In this document: positions 12,967 through 25,300 of the stretch, one piece after another
Position numbering within the stretch: position 1 is the first letter of the stretch
Layout of the letters: every line of letters begins with the position of its first letter
Assembly (NCBI GenBank): GCA_951406725.2
Contig: OX597818.1
Location: 55,924,001-55,988,000 of the forward strand
Source of the DNA: Octopus vulgaris
Taxonomy: Eukaryota
Reading direction: 5' to 3'
Length of the DNA stretch: 64,000 nt
Position numbers and translations under genes: made by a program
Notes under the pieces: model-generated
Database searches by the model: none
The model's input: only the letters and a program-made list of their open reading frames with translations
Told to the model about the DNA's origin: nothing

Positions 12967-13605
12967 GTATGCTACTTTATGGCAGTGAGACGTGGAGCTT
13001 CTACTCTGGACAAGAGTGGTGTCTCAAAGTCTTTCACCTTTGTAATTTAAGACACATCTTGGACATCAAATGGACTGACCTCATCACCAACACCAAAGTC
13101 CTCAACCGAGCCAAGATACCTAGCATACACATCTTGCTCCAGCAGCGTTGTTTGTGCTGGCTCGGTCGTGTTCATCGCATGCCAGATGGAAGGATCCCAA
13201 AATACCTCCTGTATGAGGAATTGGCTACTGGCACAAGAGCACGAGGACAACCTCATCTTCATTTCAAAGATGTCTGTAAGAGAGATGATGAAGTCGCCTG
13301 ATCTGGACATCCTGAGATTGAAGGTGGTTGCAAATGATCGCCCACACTGGGGGCAAATACTGCGAAAGGGAATGAAGCGAGAGGAAGATAAACAGGTACT
13401 CACCATCAAAGAAAAGCACACTCGATGAAAGGGAAAATCAGCAGTACCGGCAGAGGGTTCCGCCAAATGCAGTCACTGTATATGTAACTGCTACTCCCAT
13501 GTAGCCCTGTACAGCCACTACAGACGCTACACCACCATCAGTAGCTGATACGATTTCTTTGGAGGACGCAGATCCATGGCCCCTCAAGACTGACGGATGC
13601 CTACT
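12967..13605 (+). mobile_element. RTE-clade LINE 3' fragment
   Basis: LLYGSETW...LRHILDIKWTDLITNTKVLNRAKIPSIHILLQQRCLCWLGRVHRMPDGRIPKYLLYEELATGTRARGQPHLHFKDVCKRD, then a frameshifted C-terminus. Confidence 0.92.
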
Positions 13606-15161
13606 ATATATATATATATATATATATATACGATGGGCTTCCACATAGTTTCTGTCTACCATATTCACTGACTAAGCATTGGTCAGTCTGGGGCTGTAGA
13701 GAAGACACTTACCTAAGGTTTTGCACAGTGGAACTGAACTCAAAGCCACATGGTTGCAAAATGAGATTCTTAACCACACGGCTGTACCTCAGCCATACTG
13801 GATTTTTTTCTAGCATCTGGCAAGAATCCTTCACCTCCAGAATTTGGAAATTGTTGATCTAAATGACAAAAATCTAGAAGTTCTGCTTGATTACATGAAT
13901 GTTATCAGTGTTATTCCCTCAAGTTCTATTTTCCAATATTTACCGATCAAGTAACACATTATTGCTGAGTCATGGGCTCCATATCAGCTTTCAAATCCAG
14001 ATGCTCTTTTAAAAATCCTTTGAATCATTGAATTTCCAAAAGTATTTAGCAGTTGACAAAACAATCTGCAATACTTTTACTCCTGTGGGAATTTTCACAG
14101 CAGGGAACAAGTTTACTTTCACCGCCATACCACTATGTTCGGTTTTCAATATTTTGTAGTTTTATCTGACTTCCATCAGAGTTTAAAAGTTGACCTTTCA
14201 ATCTTTCTTAGATTCTGTTAAACAAAGAACGGATTATAATGAAAAACAATGGTATTTATGAATGAAAATATGCATATATGCATGGCATGAACTTGTTATA
14301 GAACTAAAAAGTATATAAAGAACATTTTATTTCAAACAATTTTAATTTTTAATTTTTTCTTTTTTATAAGCAACTGTGCTCTTAATACTTAAAAAATGTG
14401 CTGAGATTTAAAAATAAGACGTAATTCAAAATACCACCACTACTTATACTACTACTACTACTACTACTACTACTGCTGCTGCCTCGGCAATGATGACAAA
14501 ATACTAAAATTGAAGACTTTTATAGTAATGACTATTTAGCTGGAATTTAGATTTTGTGTAAGTTTTTGCTGACCGAATATTTCGCATGAGTGTGTTTTAT
14601 CAAACATATTATGTTTAACAACATATAGAGGAAGTTTAACCTCAATTATAGATTTGAAGTTATGTTTTAAGTGATATGTCTTTATATTAAGTTATGTGGG
14701 GGAGTATCATAGCCATGTGTTGAGAGGAATTATTGGGGGTTTGAATAATTCATCCCTGGAAGCATGGGTGTTTCATTATTCACTCTTAATCAACCCTTAT
14801 TCAAGGACCTTTTGAGTGGGATGGGCTATTTGACCTGTGCTGTTATTGTTAAACATAATAATAATGTTTCCAATTTAGACACAAAGCTAGCAATTTTGAG
14901 GAGAGATTGTTAGTCGATACCAACAACCCTAGTGCTAGGCTGTTACCTAATTTTATCAACCCTGAAATAATTGAAAGGTGAAATAAACAGGATTCAAACT
15001 GTAAATATAAGGAGCTGGAACAATAACCACAAAGCAATTTGTTTGCCAATACTGTAACAAAGCTCACCTTCATTAACTCATCTAAATAAGTTGTATCGTT
15101 TAGATAGCTGATGAATGAATAATGACTAAATATTTTTTTGTTTTTTGTCTTTCTTTGATAG

Positions 15162-15285
15162 ATATTGCAGCATCTGCTTATGGTCGGGACTTTCTTGTGA
15201 ATAACACCTATGGATGTCAAATTATTGATATTTTTATCACAGTATTGGCTGAAGCACCCAACAAGAAAAGTACAAAACTAAAGAA
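15162..15285 (+). CDS. HSF2BP: HSF2BP/MEILB2 internal coding exon (armadillo-repeat region)
   Basis: Polypyrimidine acceptor ttttttgtctttctttgatAG, donor GTAAGT, 124 nt (phase 1 to phase 2). Translates (N)IAASAYGRDFLVNNTYGCQIIDIFITVLAEAPNKKSTKLK(N), matching human HSF2BP NVAAIACGREFLVNSSRVLLDTILQLLGDLKPGQCTKLK as recalled. Confidence 0.93.
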
Positions 15286-15445
15286 GTAAGTGCTCACCAA
15301 GCAATGTTATTTATTAATATCTTTGAATCCATTTAAGTCCTCGGTCATTATTTCCAAAGTAACTGTAAAAGTATTATTATTTACCATCTCTATTGAAATG
15401 CCAGCTTCAGTGTTTTCCCTTGTCAGCACACGTTTATGGTAATTA

Positions 15446-15825
15446 GTGGAGGAGCAATGGCCCAGTGGTTAGGGCAGTGGACTCGCAGTTGTAGGATCAG
15501 TTTTGATTCCCAGACTGGGCATTGTGAGTGTTTATTGAGCGAAAACACCTAAAGCTGCATGAGGCTCCAACAGGGGGTGGTGGTGAACCCTGCTGTACTC
15601 TTTCACCACAACTTTCTATCACTCTTTCTTCCTGTTTCTGTTGTACCTGTATTTCAAATGGGCCAGCCTTGTCACACTCTGTGTCATACTCAATCTCCTC
15701 GAGGACTACGTTAAAGGTACCCATGTCTATGGAGTACTCAGCCACTTGCACATTAATTTCACAAGCAGGCTGTTCCATTGATCGGATCAACTGGAACCTT
15801 CGTCATCGCAACCGACGGAGTACTG
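15446..15825 (+). mobile_element. SINE family D (tRNA-derived)
   Basis: Head gtggaggagcaatggcccagtggttagggcagtggactcgc..gattccc. A truncated inverted copy lies at about 24208-24490, and related heads at 49490-50040 (-). Confidence 0.75.
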
Positions 15826-18800
15826 CGATGGTTATCATGATTAACATTTTTTTGTTACCATAGTTCTCCTAAAATACACCAATTTCATTTCAATTAATTC
15901 TGAAAATAATGAAGAGTTTAACAAAATAGCTTTATTGTTAAGCTGGTGTTTGGAACCTAAATTAATATGGAATTTTGATGAAAGATTTTAATTCAGATCA
16001 TGTTAACAATAAAGTTTGTAAATATGTTGAGTGCCCATTTTATTTCATTTGTGTCCACTGTCTCTCACACACACACACACACACACACAGTGGGCTTCCA
16101 CACAATTTCCATTCACCATATTCATTCACAAGGCAATAATAGAAAACATTTGCCCAAGGTGCCATGCAGTGAGACTAAAGCATAAACCAAGTGGTTGCAA
16201 AGTGAGCTTCTTAACAACACAGCCATCATCATTCATCATTGTTCGACCGATGTCGAGACTTTCATAGTCTTTTCAAATGGCTAATAATGTGCGCGCGCCA
16301 CTACTACACACATTGGAAAGCATTGTACAACCAAGTACTAAAGAAGATCTTTCCTCCTCCATGAAACAAAGCTGTTCCCACTGGACGTCAACCCAGTATT
16401 TCTAAGCTACGGACCGAGTGATTTATTGTAAGGTTATCTCCCTAGATAGATTGCCTTCACTACGGCTAAGGAGCCCTTTCTACCCCATTGTAGTCCTATG
16501 GGACTCTAATCACATAGTTCTGAGTTCACTCCTACTGCGTGGCACCTTGGGCAAGTGTCTTCTAGTTTGGCCTTGAGCCGACCAAAGCTACGTGAGTGGA
16601 TTTGGTAGATGGAAACTGCCAGTCTATGTGTGTGTGTGTCATTGTATCTGTGTTTGCCTGCATATCACCACTGCTTGACAGCCAGTGTTGGTATGTTTAC
16701 GTCCCCACCACTTAGCAGTTCATCAAAACAGTTTGATAGATTAAGTATCAGGCATAAAAGAGGTTTTGGGGTCAATTCATTTGACTAAAAGTACTTTAAT
16801 GCAGAGCTCCACCATGGCTACCTGCACCTATATTGTTGGATTTTTACCTTCTTTCAGATTCAAACTGTTTCTTGGCTACAACTATTCTGGTCTACTGAGG
16901 CAAACCTGAAGATCCAATATGTGCTTGTAAATTATTATCTAACTGTAGACTATACCATCAAATATATGTTGTCAATTAATTAGTCTAGCAAACAACTATA
17001 TTGTTTTCATATCATTTAGAATTTTTTAAAGACCTGTTGATGGTATTGAATCACTTCTTCACAAGGACAATATTGACAGAAACTGTTTTGTTAAGTACAA
17101 TTTTTAAAATGTCACTCAAAATTGGTTTAGGAATTTTCCATAGAATTTACATAGTGTTTGTAACTATCTCCAATACAGATAACATCATCATCGTCATCAT
17201 TTAACATCCACTTTCCATACTGCCATGAGCTGGATGGTTTGACTGAGGGCTGGTGAGCCAGGAGGCTGCACTAGGCTCCAATCTGATCTGGCAATGTTTC
17301 TATAGCTGGATGCTCTTCCTAATGCCAACCAAGAGTGTAGTGGGTGCTTTTTATGTGCCACCAGCACGAGGGCCAGTCAAGCTGTACTGGCATCGGTCAC
17401 ACTTGAATGGTCCTTTTTACGTGCCACCAGCACGGGAGCCAGTCAGGTGGCACTGGCAAAGATCATGCTCAAATGGTGCTTTCAAATGGGACCAGTCAGA
17501 CAGCACTGGCATCAACCATGCGCAAATGGTGTTTTTTATGTGCCACCAGCACAGAACCAGTCAGCTGGCACTGGCATCAATCATGCTCGAATGGTGCTTT
17601 TTGTGTGCTACTGGCACTGGAGCCAGTCAGGCGACACTGTCATCGACTACGCTTGAATGGTGCTTTTTATGTGTCACTGGCACAGGAGCCAGTCAGGTGG
17701 CACTGTCATTGACCGTGCTTGAATGGTGCTTTTTATGTGCCGCTGGCACAGGATAGATAGCATATTTAATTAATTTAAAGTCATTTCATAGCACTTAATA
17801 ACTTCCTAAGTGAATGCCTTCTTTTCCTATTTTTCCTTCTTCAGTAGACCTTGTTAAAGCTTTGAGCCAACAAGTCTGACATTTTGGATTAAATCTATGT
17901 TTGTTCTAATTTATTATAAATTAGGAAACCATAAATGTTGCATAGAAATAACTATATTTACTTTACTCAATGTGTCCGTGAAAAAGAAATTGTTTTGGAT
18001 TCACAAGGTGAATAGCTTGATTCCTTATTAGCAGCTTTGATAAGATTAAACGTTGATTCTGAAATTATTTGTAGAATCCCTTCAACTACGATCAGAACCA
18101 GCTATCTGATTTCCACAATCTTCCTCTATCAACAGTGGCACCACTAATTTGGACATGTTTTTAATGTAATTTTAGATTAGTTCATGTAACATCACACATA
18201 CCTCCACTGTTTATTCTATCTCATTATTTTACTTTCTATATAAAATTAGTTTAGATTTAATGTTATTTTTAAGTATCAAATTAAACAGATTTACTTACTT
18301 GCAATGGAAATTAATATTTCCTTTGGGAATAACATAATTGTTTATTTCCATTAATTTATATATTAGCTGCATGTATAATTTCTTTAAAAAATACTGGAAT
18401 ATGCATAGAATAATATGGTATTCAGTCATGAAAATATTAAAAAACCAAAATGAATGAGGGACAATCACCACCATTTCAACATCTGTTTTTCTATACTGGT
18501 GTGTTTAGATAGGCCTACCTAATAGTCATCTTCTATTTTATCCTGTCTTTAATTAGACCCCGTGTTGAACCCATTTTTACAGTTCATTACGTACAAGTTG
18601 ATGTTGTATCTTTTATAGCCTCTACCTTCGTTAACAAGTTTCCAGCATTTACTGGGCTCCTAAAGTGGAGTTACTATGTGGAATTAAACCTTACTGAACC
18701 AGGAATTTGGTTCTTTCTGACTCACCGTTGCAGTATTGCCTCATCATAATATATATATGTATGCATTCAACATCAGCTGGTTAGGAAATGTATTTTATAG

Positions 18801-18837
18801 TGAATGTTATGTCATGTAGTTTTGTTGGTGCTACAGT

Positions 18838-19410
18838 AGATGTGCTTGAGATGAGATGTTTGAGGGCTATGGTTGGTGTGACACGGATGGACAGGATGAG
18901 GAATGAGGAGGTGCAAAGGTGAGCAGGAATGAGAGAAAAACTAACAACCAAAATGGATCGACGGATGTTGAGGTGGTTTGGTCACAAGGAGAGGATGGGT
19001 GATGAAGGCAGATGGTAAGGAGAGTGATGAAGGCAGAAGTGGTAGGCAGCAGAACCAGAGGCAGACCACGGTTTGTGTGGATGGATGGAATGAGGAAAGC
19101 TTTGGTGGTTAGAAGTGTTGGAGTGAGAGAGGCAAGAGAGTTTATAAATGATAGGAAAGCTTGGAGAGTGTTTGTGGACGGATGAGTGAATTGATGCTGC
19201 TCAAAGGGGTATGGAACCAGAATGATGCAGCGGGGGTAAACCAGCATATGCTATAGGGCCCTGCTGCTGATATCAGGGATTGTGTTCTATGCCTTAACCC
19301 GAACATAGGACAGGGCTCCCCTCTTTGAGCCGGGAAATGAATGGAATGCTTGGTGTATGTCTTGTTGTGGCTACCCCCTCCTAAAAAAATGGGGAATAGG
19401 TCTGGGTATA
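18838..19410 (+). mobile_element. RTE-like LINE 3' fragment of a second family
   Basis: DVLEMRCLRAMVGVTRMDRMRNEEV...VVGSRTRGRPRFVWMDGMRKALVVRSVGVREAREFINDRKAWRVFV, followed by a putative 3' UTR. Confidence 0.85.
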
Positions 19411-19424
19411 TATATATAATACAA

Positions 19425-22195
19425 TAATTATTGTCAGACTCTCAACATTGCATCATTATGTGAATGAGTTGAGTCAAACACAATATTGTTCATGTTTTTA
19501 ATAAATAATCTTTTGCTACTTCATCTTAGCAGAATTCATTGATCTCTCCCTCTTATAATGCCGAGTTGTTAAGGGCAAAAACCAGTCTCTTCGGTCTTCA
19601 TCCCAATCTACTGAAAAGAACCGCATTGGCCTAACTTCACAGTGAAAGTACTGATGCATATGACTGTTTACTGTATCATTGTAGTCTTGCTTCCAAAAGT
19701 CTATAGGTTTTTGTTTTAAATTAAGGACCATTAGAATTGTATATTTTAAATTGAGATTTTCTCTGGTTTTCAATAAGAATATTGGACACAGGTATGACTG
19801 TGGTAAAGAAGCTTGCTTCCCAACCATATGGTTTCACATTCAATCCCACTGTGTGTCACCTTGGACAAGTTTCTCTTACTATAGCCTCAGGCAAACCAAA
19901 GCCATGTGAGTGGGTTTGGCTGATGGAAACTGAAAGAAGCCCATCATATGTGTGTATGTTTGTCTGCACCCATGTCTTGACATCATGAGATGATTGTAAA
20001 TCTGTCTTCTGTGAAATACATCTAACCATGCAGAAATATCACCTTGCTTGGAAAGAGGTAAGAGTTGGTGACAGGAAGGGCATCCAGCTGTAGAAAATCT
20101 GCCTTGGCAAATTCCATCTGGCCCATGCAAGCATGGAGAAGTAGGACATTAAAAAGTTAATCATATCCTGCTCATCTTAACACACGGCCAAGAAAATACA
20201 AATCCAAGAAGATTGTCACTGTTTAGACTACTATGTGGTCTGTATTCCTATACTTATTCCTAAACATGTAATATTAATTTTTAATTTGTTTCTCTTGGCA
20301 TTGATACTCCTTTTGTTTTATTAGACTACTAAAATATTTGTCTGTTTTTCATTTCCCCCACTTAAATAGCTTTCATTGTACACTGGTGTTTTCTGCTGAA
20401 TCTATTAACCATACATTCTTGTTATTTCTCTTAAATTACTCTTCAAGTTAGCATTGTCTATTTCATGATTCTTTAACACTGTCTCAAATCCAAGAACTAT
20501 ATGCTTTTTCAATCACTTGCCACTTCTATTATATGCTGTATTGTAATATATTTGTTTTGCCTCCAGGTATCTCTCTTTGTTATTTCCTTAATTCCTTTCA
20601 CACTTGCTTTTTTCTATTTCAAAAATATCACCAAGGTTATTTTTTGCTTACTTAATCCATCACTGAATTCTCATCTGAATAAAGTCGACCTCAGGACTTA
20701 TTCTTTGGAAGCCTAGTACTTTACTTATTCTATTACCAATTCACTAATCCATATATATTTACTTCACTCAGTTCAGCTAGTCCATTCTATAAATATTTTC
20801 AAATCTTTTATTTTCCCTTCATGTTGTTTATTATTGTATTATATGAATACAATTTATGACAATATTTTTTTTTAAATATTGTAGAAACGTTGCCAGATCA
20901 GACTGGGCCTAGTGCAACCTTCTGGCTTCCCAGAACCCAGTTGCACCGTCCAACCCATGCCAGCATGGAAAGCGGACGCTAAACGATGATGATGATGATG
21001 ATATTCCTCTACTATAGTTTCATATCCGATATATTTTTGATACTTTATTCAGTTCCTCTGTCAGTATTTATGGAGTCATTAATAAATGAAGTCTTTTTCT
21101 CAGACTTAAACGGGGGTACATCTATCACCACCTGTTTCTCAATTACAACATAAAACATTACAGGCTGACATTTTACTCTGCTAACATTTATTAAGTTGTT
21201 AATCCATCTTTCAACTGGTCCAATGTCATTGCTCTCATTTTCCCGTCTTAGATTCTAGTCTCAAAAAAAAAAAATAATAAAAAATAAAAATAAGCCATAT
21301 ATCTTATGTTTAATCCTTTTCGATGCAGTTTTCCATCATCTCTCGAATGCAACATGTATCACTATGTCTACATTGTAAAGTGTCTATACTTTTCTCTACT
21401 CAATTTCTCATATTTCCAAAGTTAATCGGATCTGCAGTGGTTTTGACGTGATAACAAGCTGGTGGCTGAAGGAACTTACATTTAATAATTGTCATTCATA
21501 GTATATATACTTTGAATGTTAAAGATATACATTAAAAAAAGCAGCGGAGGAGGAGGCTAATAAAACAGAAATCTAAACCTCTTATTTGAAATACTAGTAA
21601 GAAAGGCGACATACTGAAGGAGTTAAGGAATGAAATAATCTAAGCTAGCTTTGTGATAACATGGAAAAGAGTAGTGTTGGGTAAAGTTTATGGTAAAATA
21701 GTATTCTAGGTTTGGCTCCTGATTAAAAATAAAAAATAATAAAAACAGGTCAGCAATCAAAAGGAGAACAGTTTGGATTTAAAGAAATCCTACCGCTGAA
21801 AACTTGATTCTTTAGGAAATGGAGTTTGTTTGTAGCAGTAATTATTCATTAATATTAAATTAAACGAAGGTTCCTCGTCATCTGTGTAAAAATAGCTTAA
21901 AGTTAAGCTTAAGTGCTCATGATGACTTTATTGAGGGGGATGTTTTGAAATGTTTAATATTTCCTCTATTTTGCAATAAATCCTTGTCACATGTTACATC
22001 AATGTTTACCATTCTGATATGGTTTTCATGGTTCTTCTAATTTAGACATCTGTTGCAGTGATTGTGTTTTGTTTTGTTTTGTTGGAGCTTCCTCGTTCTA
22101 AATATTAAGGTAAACTAAAACGAGAATAAAATACCATGGTTTTCCTTAATTGCTCAATGACTTTGGCTAAGTAGTTCAATATTTTCCATTGTCAT
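19425..22195 (-). pseudogene. Decayed, apparently intronless SUZ12-like (VEFS-box) gene interrupted by SINE fragments
   Basis: Collinear frameshifted blocks resembling SUZ12: ALKLNF (21896-21916), FNLILMNNYCYK (21829-21864), NQVFSGRISLNPN (21771-21809), GFVFS..VK (20191-20205), LT/NILI (either side of a SINE), SHMHQYFHCEVRP..VDWDEDRRDW (ORF 19516-19780), EINEF (19532-19546), and a frameshifted W-N-NIV (about 19490). Confidence 0.7.
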
Positions 22196-22204
22196 TGATA
22201 AGTA

Positions 22205-22237
<33 letters not shown>

Positions 22238-23978
22238 CATTATTATTATTATGGTGGCAAGCTGGCAGACTCGTTAGCACGCCAGACTAAATGCTTAGCA
22301 GTATTTCGCCCGTTGCTACATTCTGAGTTCAAATCCTGCCGAGGTCAACTTTCCCTTTCATCCTTTCAGGGTCAATAAATTAAGCACTAGCGAAACACTG
22401 GGATCAATGTAATCGACACATCTCCTCCCCCAAAATTGCTACCCTTGTGGCAAAATTTGAAACCATTATTATTATAATTATTATTATTATTATTATTATT
22501 GTGGCAAGCTGGCAGAATCACTAGCACAGTGGACAAAATGCTTAACAGTATTTCGCCAGTCACTCTATTCTGAGTTCAAATTCCACCGAGGTCGGCTTTA
22601 CCTTTCATCCTTTCAGGGTTGATAAATTAAGCACCATTGAAGCACTGGGGTTGATGTTATCAATTCGTCTCCTCCCACCAAATTTCAGGCCTTGTGCCTA
22701 TAATAGAAAAGATTATTAGTACTATTATTATTATTATTATTACTGTTAACCAATAAGCCAATTATAGTTTGCAAATAAATTCAAAGCTTCCATGTAAACA
22801 TTTATTGTTAATTCCTTCTTTTCTACTCTAAGCACAAGGCTCGAAATTTTGGGGGAGTGGGTAGTCGATTAGATCGACCCCAGTACACAGCTTGTACTAA
22901 ATTTATCGACCCTGAAAGGATGAAAGGCAAAGTTGATCTCGGTGGAATTTGAACTCAGAATGTAAAGACAGACTAAGTACCACTAGGCATTTTGCCTGGT
23001 GTGCTAACGTTTCTGCCAGCTTGCCACCTTATATTTGTTGTTAATTCCTTAGCAAAGAAAACTTAGTTATTGTATGAGGTGATAATTAAACATCAATTTG
23101 AAACAAAAGATGAACATGTCCAGTGACAGGACTCATACTATGTATATCTGTTTAGTGATCCTATTGCTTTTCTCTCTCTCACATTCATCATCATCATCAT
23201 CATCATTTAACATCCATCTTCCGTGTTGGGATGGTTTGACAGGAGGCAGCTAGGTAGGAGACTACGCCAGACTACTGTGTCTGTTTTGGCATGAGTTTCA
23301 CAGGTGGATGCCCTTCCAAATGCCAACCACTTCACAATGTGGAGTGGATGCTTTTCATGTGGCACCAGCACCAGCAGAGTCACAAAGTAACTTGCAAGAC
23401 AAGGAATTTTGAGAAGGGAGGGGGCATCACGTCAGATGATGACAGGTTAGAGTGTGACAGAGACAGAGAGGCAGAAACAGGTGTCTTGCTATAGAGGAGG
23501 TACATGGTTACCTAGGCAGATAGAGAGATGGAGAGAGAGAGAGGGGTAACAAGAAAGAGGACAGAAACAGGTGCGCTACTGTAAATGCAAACAGCAGCTA
23601 AGTCATTTATCTTGGTCTTATTATATTCAAATGTAAACCGTTGGATGCTTCCCCCACCAGCATCCCAGCTCACCCGATTCCTTATATGTTTATATGATGA
23701 TATGTAGCTTTGTGTTGTATTAATAATAATTCAAATGTAACTAAGAGTACCGGATACGTGTATGTATGCACTTATGTGGACACTATATATATATATATAT
23801 ATATAGTGTCCTCATATTTTGTTATCTTACCATTTTTACCAATATATATATATATATACCTCACCCGGGGCACTGATATATATATATAAATATATAGAGA
23901 GGAGAATTCACAAAAAAAACAAAAGACGAAGACAGGTGGTGTATTAGTATTAGTTTAATGCTCGGGAAGTGAAAAAGT

Positions 23979-24014
23979 CTTTAATGTTTCGAGCCTATGC
24001 TCTTCCACAGAAAG
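23979..24014 (-). ncRNA. Degenerate hammerhead-like motif in a Penelope-like terminal repeat fragment
   Basis: CUUU-CUGUGGAA-GAGC(AUAG)GCUC-GAAAC-AUU-AAAG. The stems are intact but the core is non-canonical. Confidence 0.4.
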
Positions 24015-24845
24015 AAACAAGGAGAAACAACAGTAGGAAAAAGCAGAAGTGGGTGTATGTGCTTGTGGGTATGTATGTCTAAGTGTATGCTTGTGTGTAT
24101 GCCTATTTATGTCTAAGTGTATGCTTATGTGGACTGCATGTTAATGTGAGTATATGTGTGAATGTATGGTTTTATATATATATATATTATATATATATAT
24201 TTTTGCAGCACTCCGTTGGTTACGACAATGAGGGTCACAGCCGATCCAATCAACAGAACAGCCTGCTCATGAAACTAACGTGCAAGTGGCTGAGCACTCC
24301 ACAGACACGTGTACCCTTAACATAGTTCTCAGGGAGATTCAGCGTGACACAGAGTGTGACAAGGCTGGCCCTTTGAAATACAGGTACAACAGAAACAGGA
24401 AGAAAGAGTGAGAGAAAGTTGTGGGGAAAGAGTACAGCAGGGATTGCCACCACCCCATGCTGGAGCCTCGTGGAGCTTTAAGTGTTTTCTATGTTTCTGT
24501 GAGAACCACGTTCGTAGCTTTGTCAAAATAGTATTTTCTAACTTGTTTTGATAGAATCTAAGCACCCACAACACTCGGAGTGGTTGGCATTAGGAAGGGC
24601 ATCCAGCTGTAGAAACCTTACCTGATCAGATTGGAGCCTGGTATAGCCGCTGGCTCTCCAGACCTAGGTCAAAATGTCCAACCCATGCCAGCATGAAAAA
24701 CGGACATTAAACGATGATGATGAGGTTTCAGTTTTAACACTGGCAGTTTTTATGACTTCTAGTTTTATAATCATCAGCTGTTAAGCTTCTGAGGTTTCTC
24801 CCACAAAGTCACTTTTGATTTATTTCAAGCATATTTAGTCATTAA

Positions 24846-25300
24846 CCCTTTTGATAGCGACCCACATGAGACCACCTCTAGTTCTATGGCAAAAAGCTGC
24901 CCATTTTGAAATGCTCATATATTAATTAAAACCTTCCATAATGATTTTTATGTAATGGCCTTTCTTTCAATTAACATCAACTTTAACCCTTTCGTTACCA
25001 ACCCGGCTCAGGCTCTGAGTACAAATGTTTTGTTTTCATAAGTTTTGAATTAAAATCTTCCACCAAACCTTTATGTTCCTAACACTAGCTGAATGATAAC
25101 TAAGTTATTTTACTAAATTCTTTCTTATATTTAAAATTAATTGAAAGAAACACAGAGCATCTCAACAGAAATACAGTAACGAAAGGGTTAAGATATAAAG
25201 GTTGGTTATTTTACTAGATTCCTCCAAAATCTTAATTATTTTCAAAATTTATCGAAACATATAGGTAGTGTATTTCATTCGAAGGATGGTCACAAAAGGG
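24846..25300. mobile_element. Older piggyBac-like MITE containing a nested younger MITE
   Basis: TTAA-CCCTTTTG ... CAAAAGGG-TTAA. Confidence 0.75.
24987..25187. mobile_element. piggyBac-like MITE
   Basis: TTAA-CCCTTTCGTTAC ... GTAACGAAAGGG-TTAA. Confidence 0.88.
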
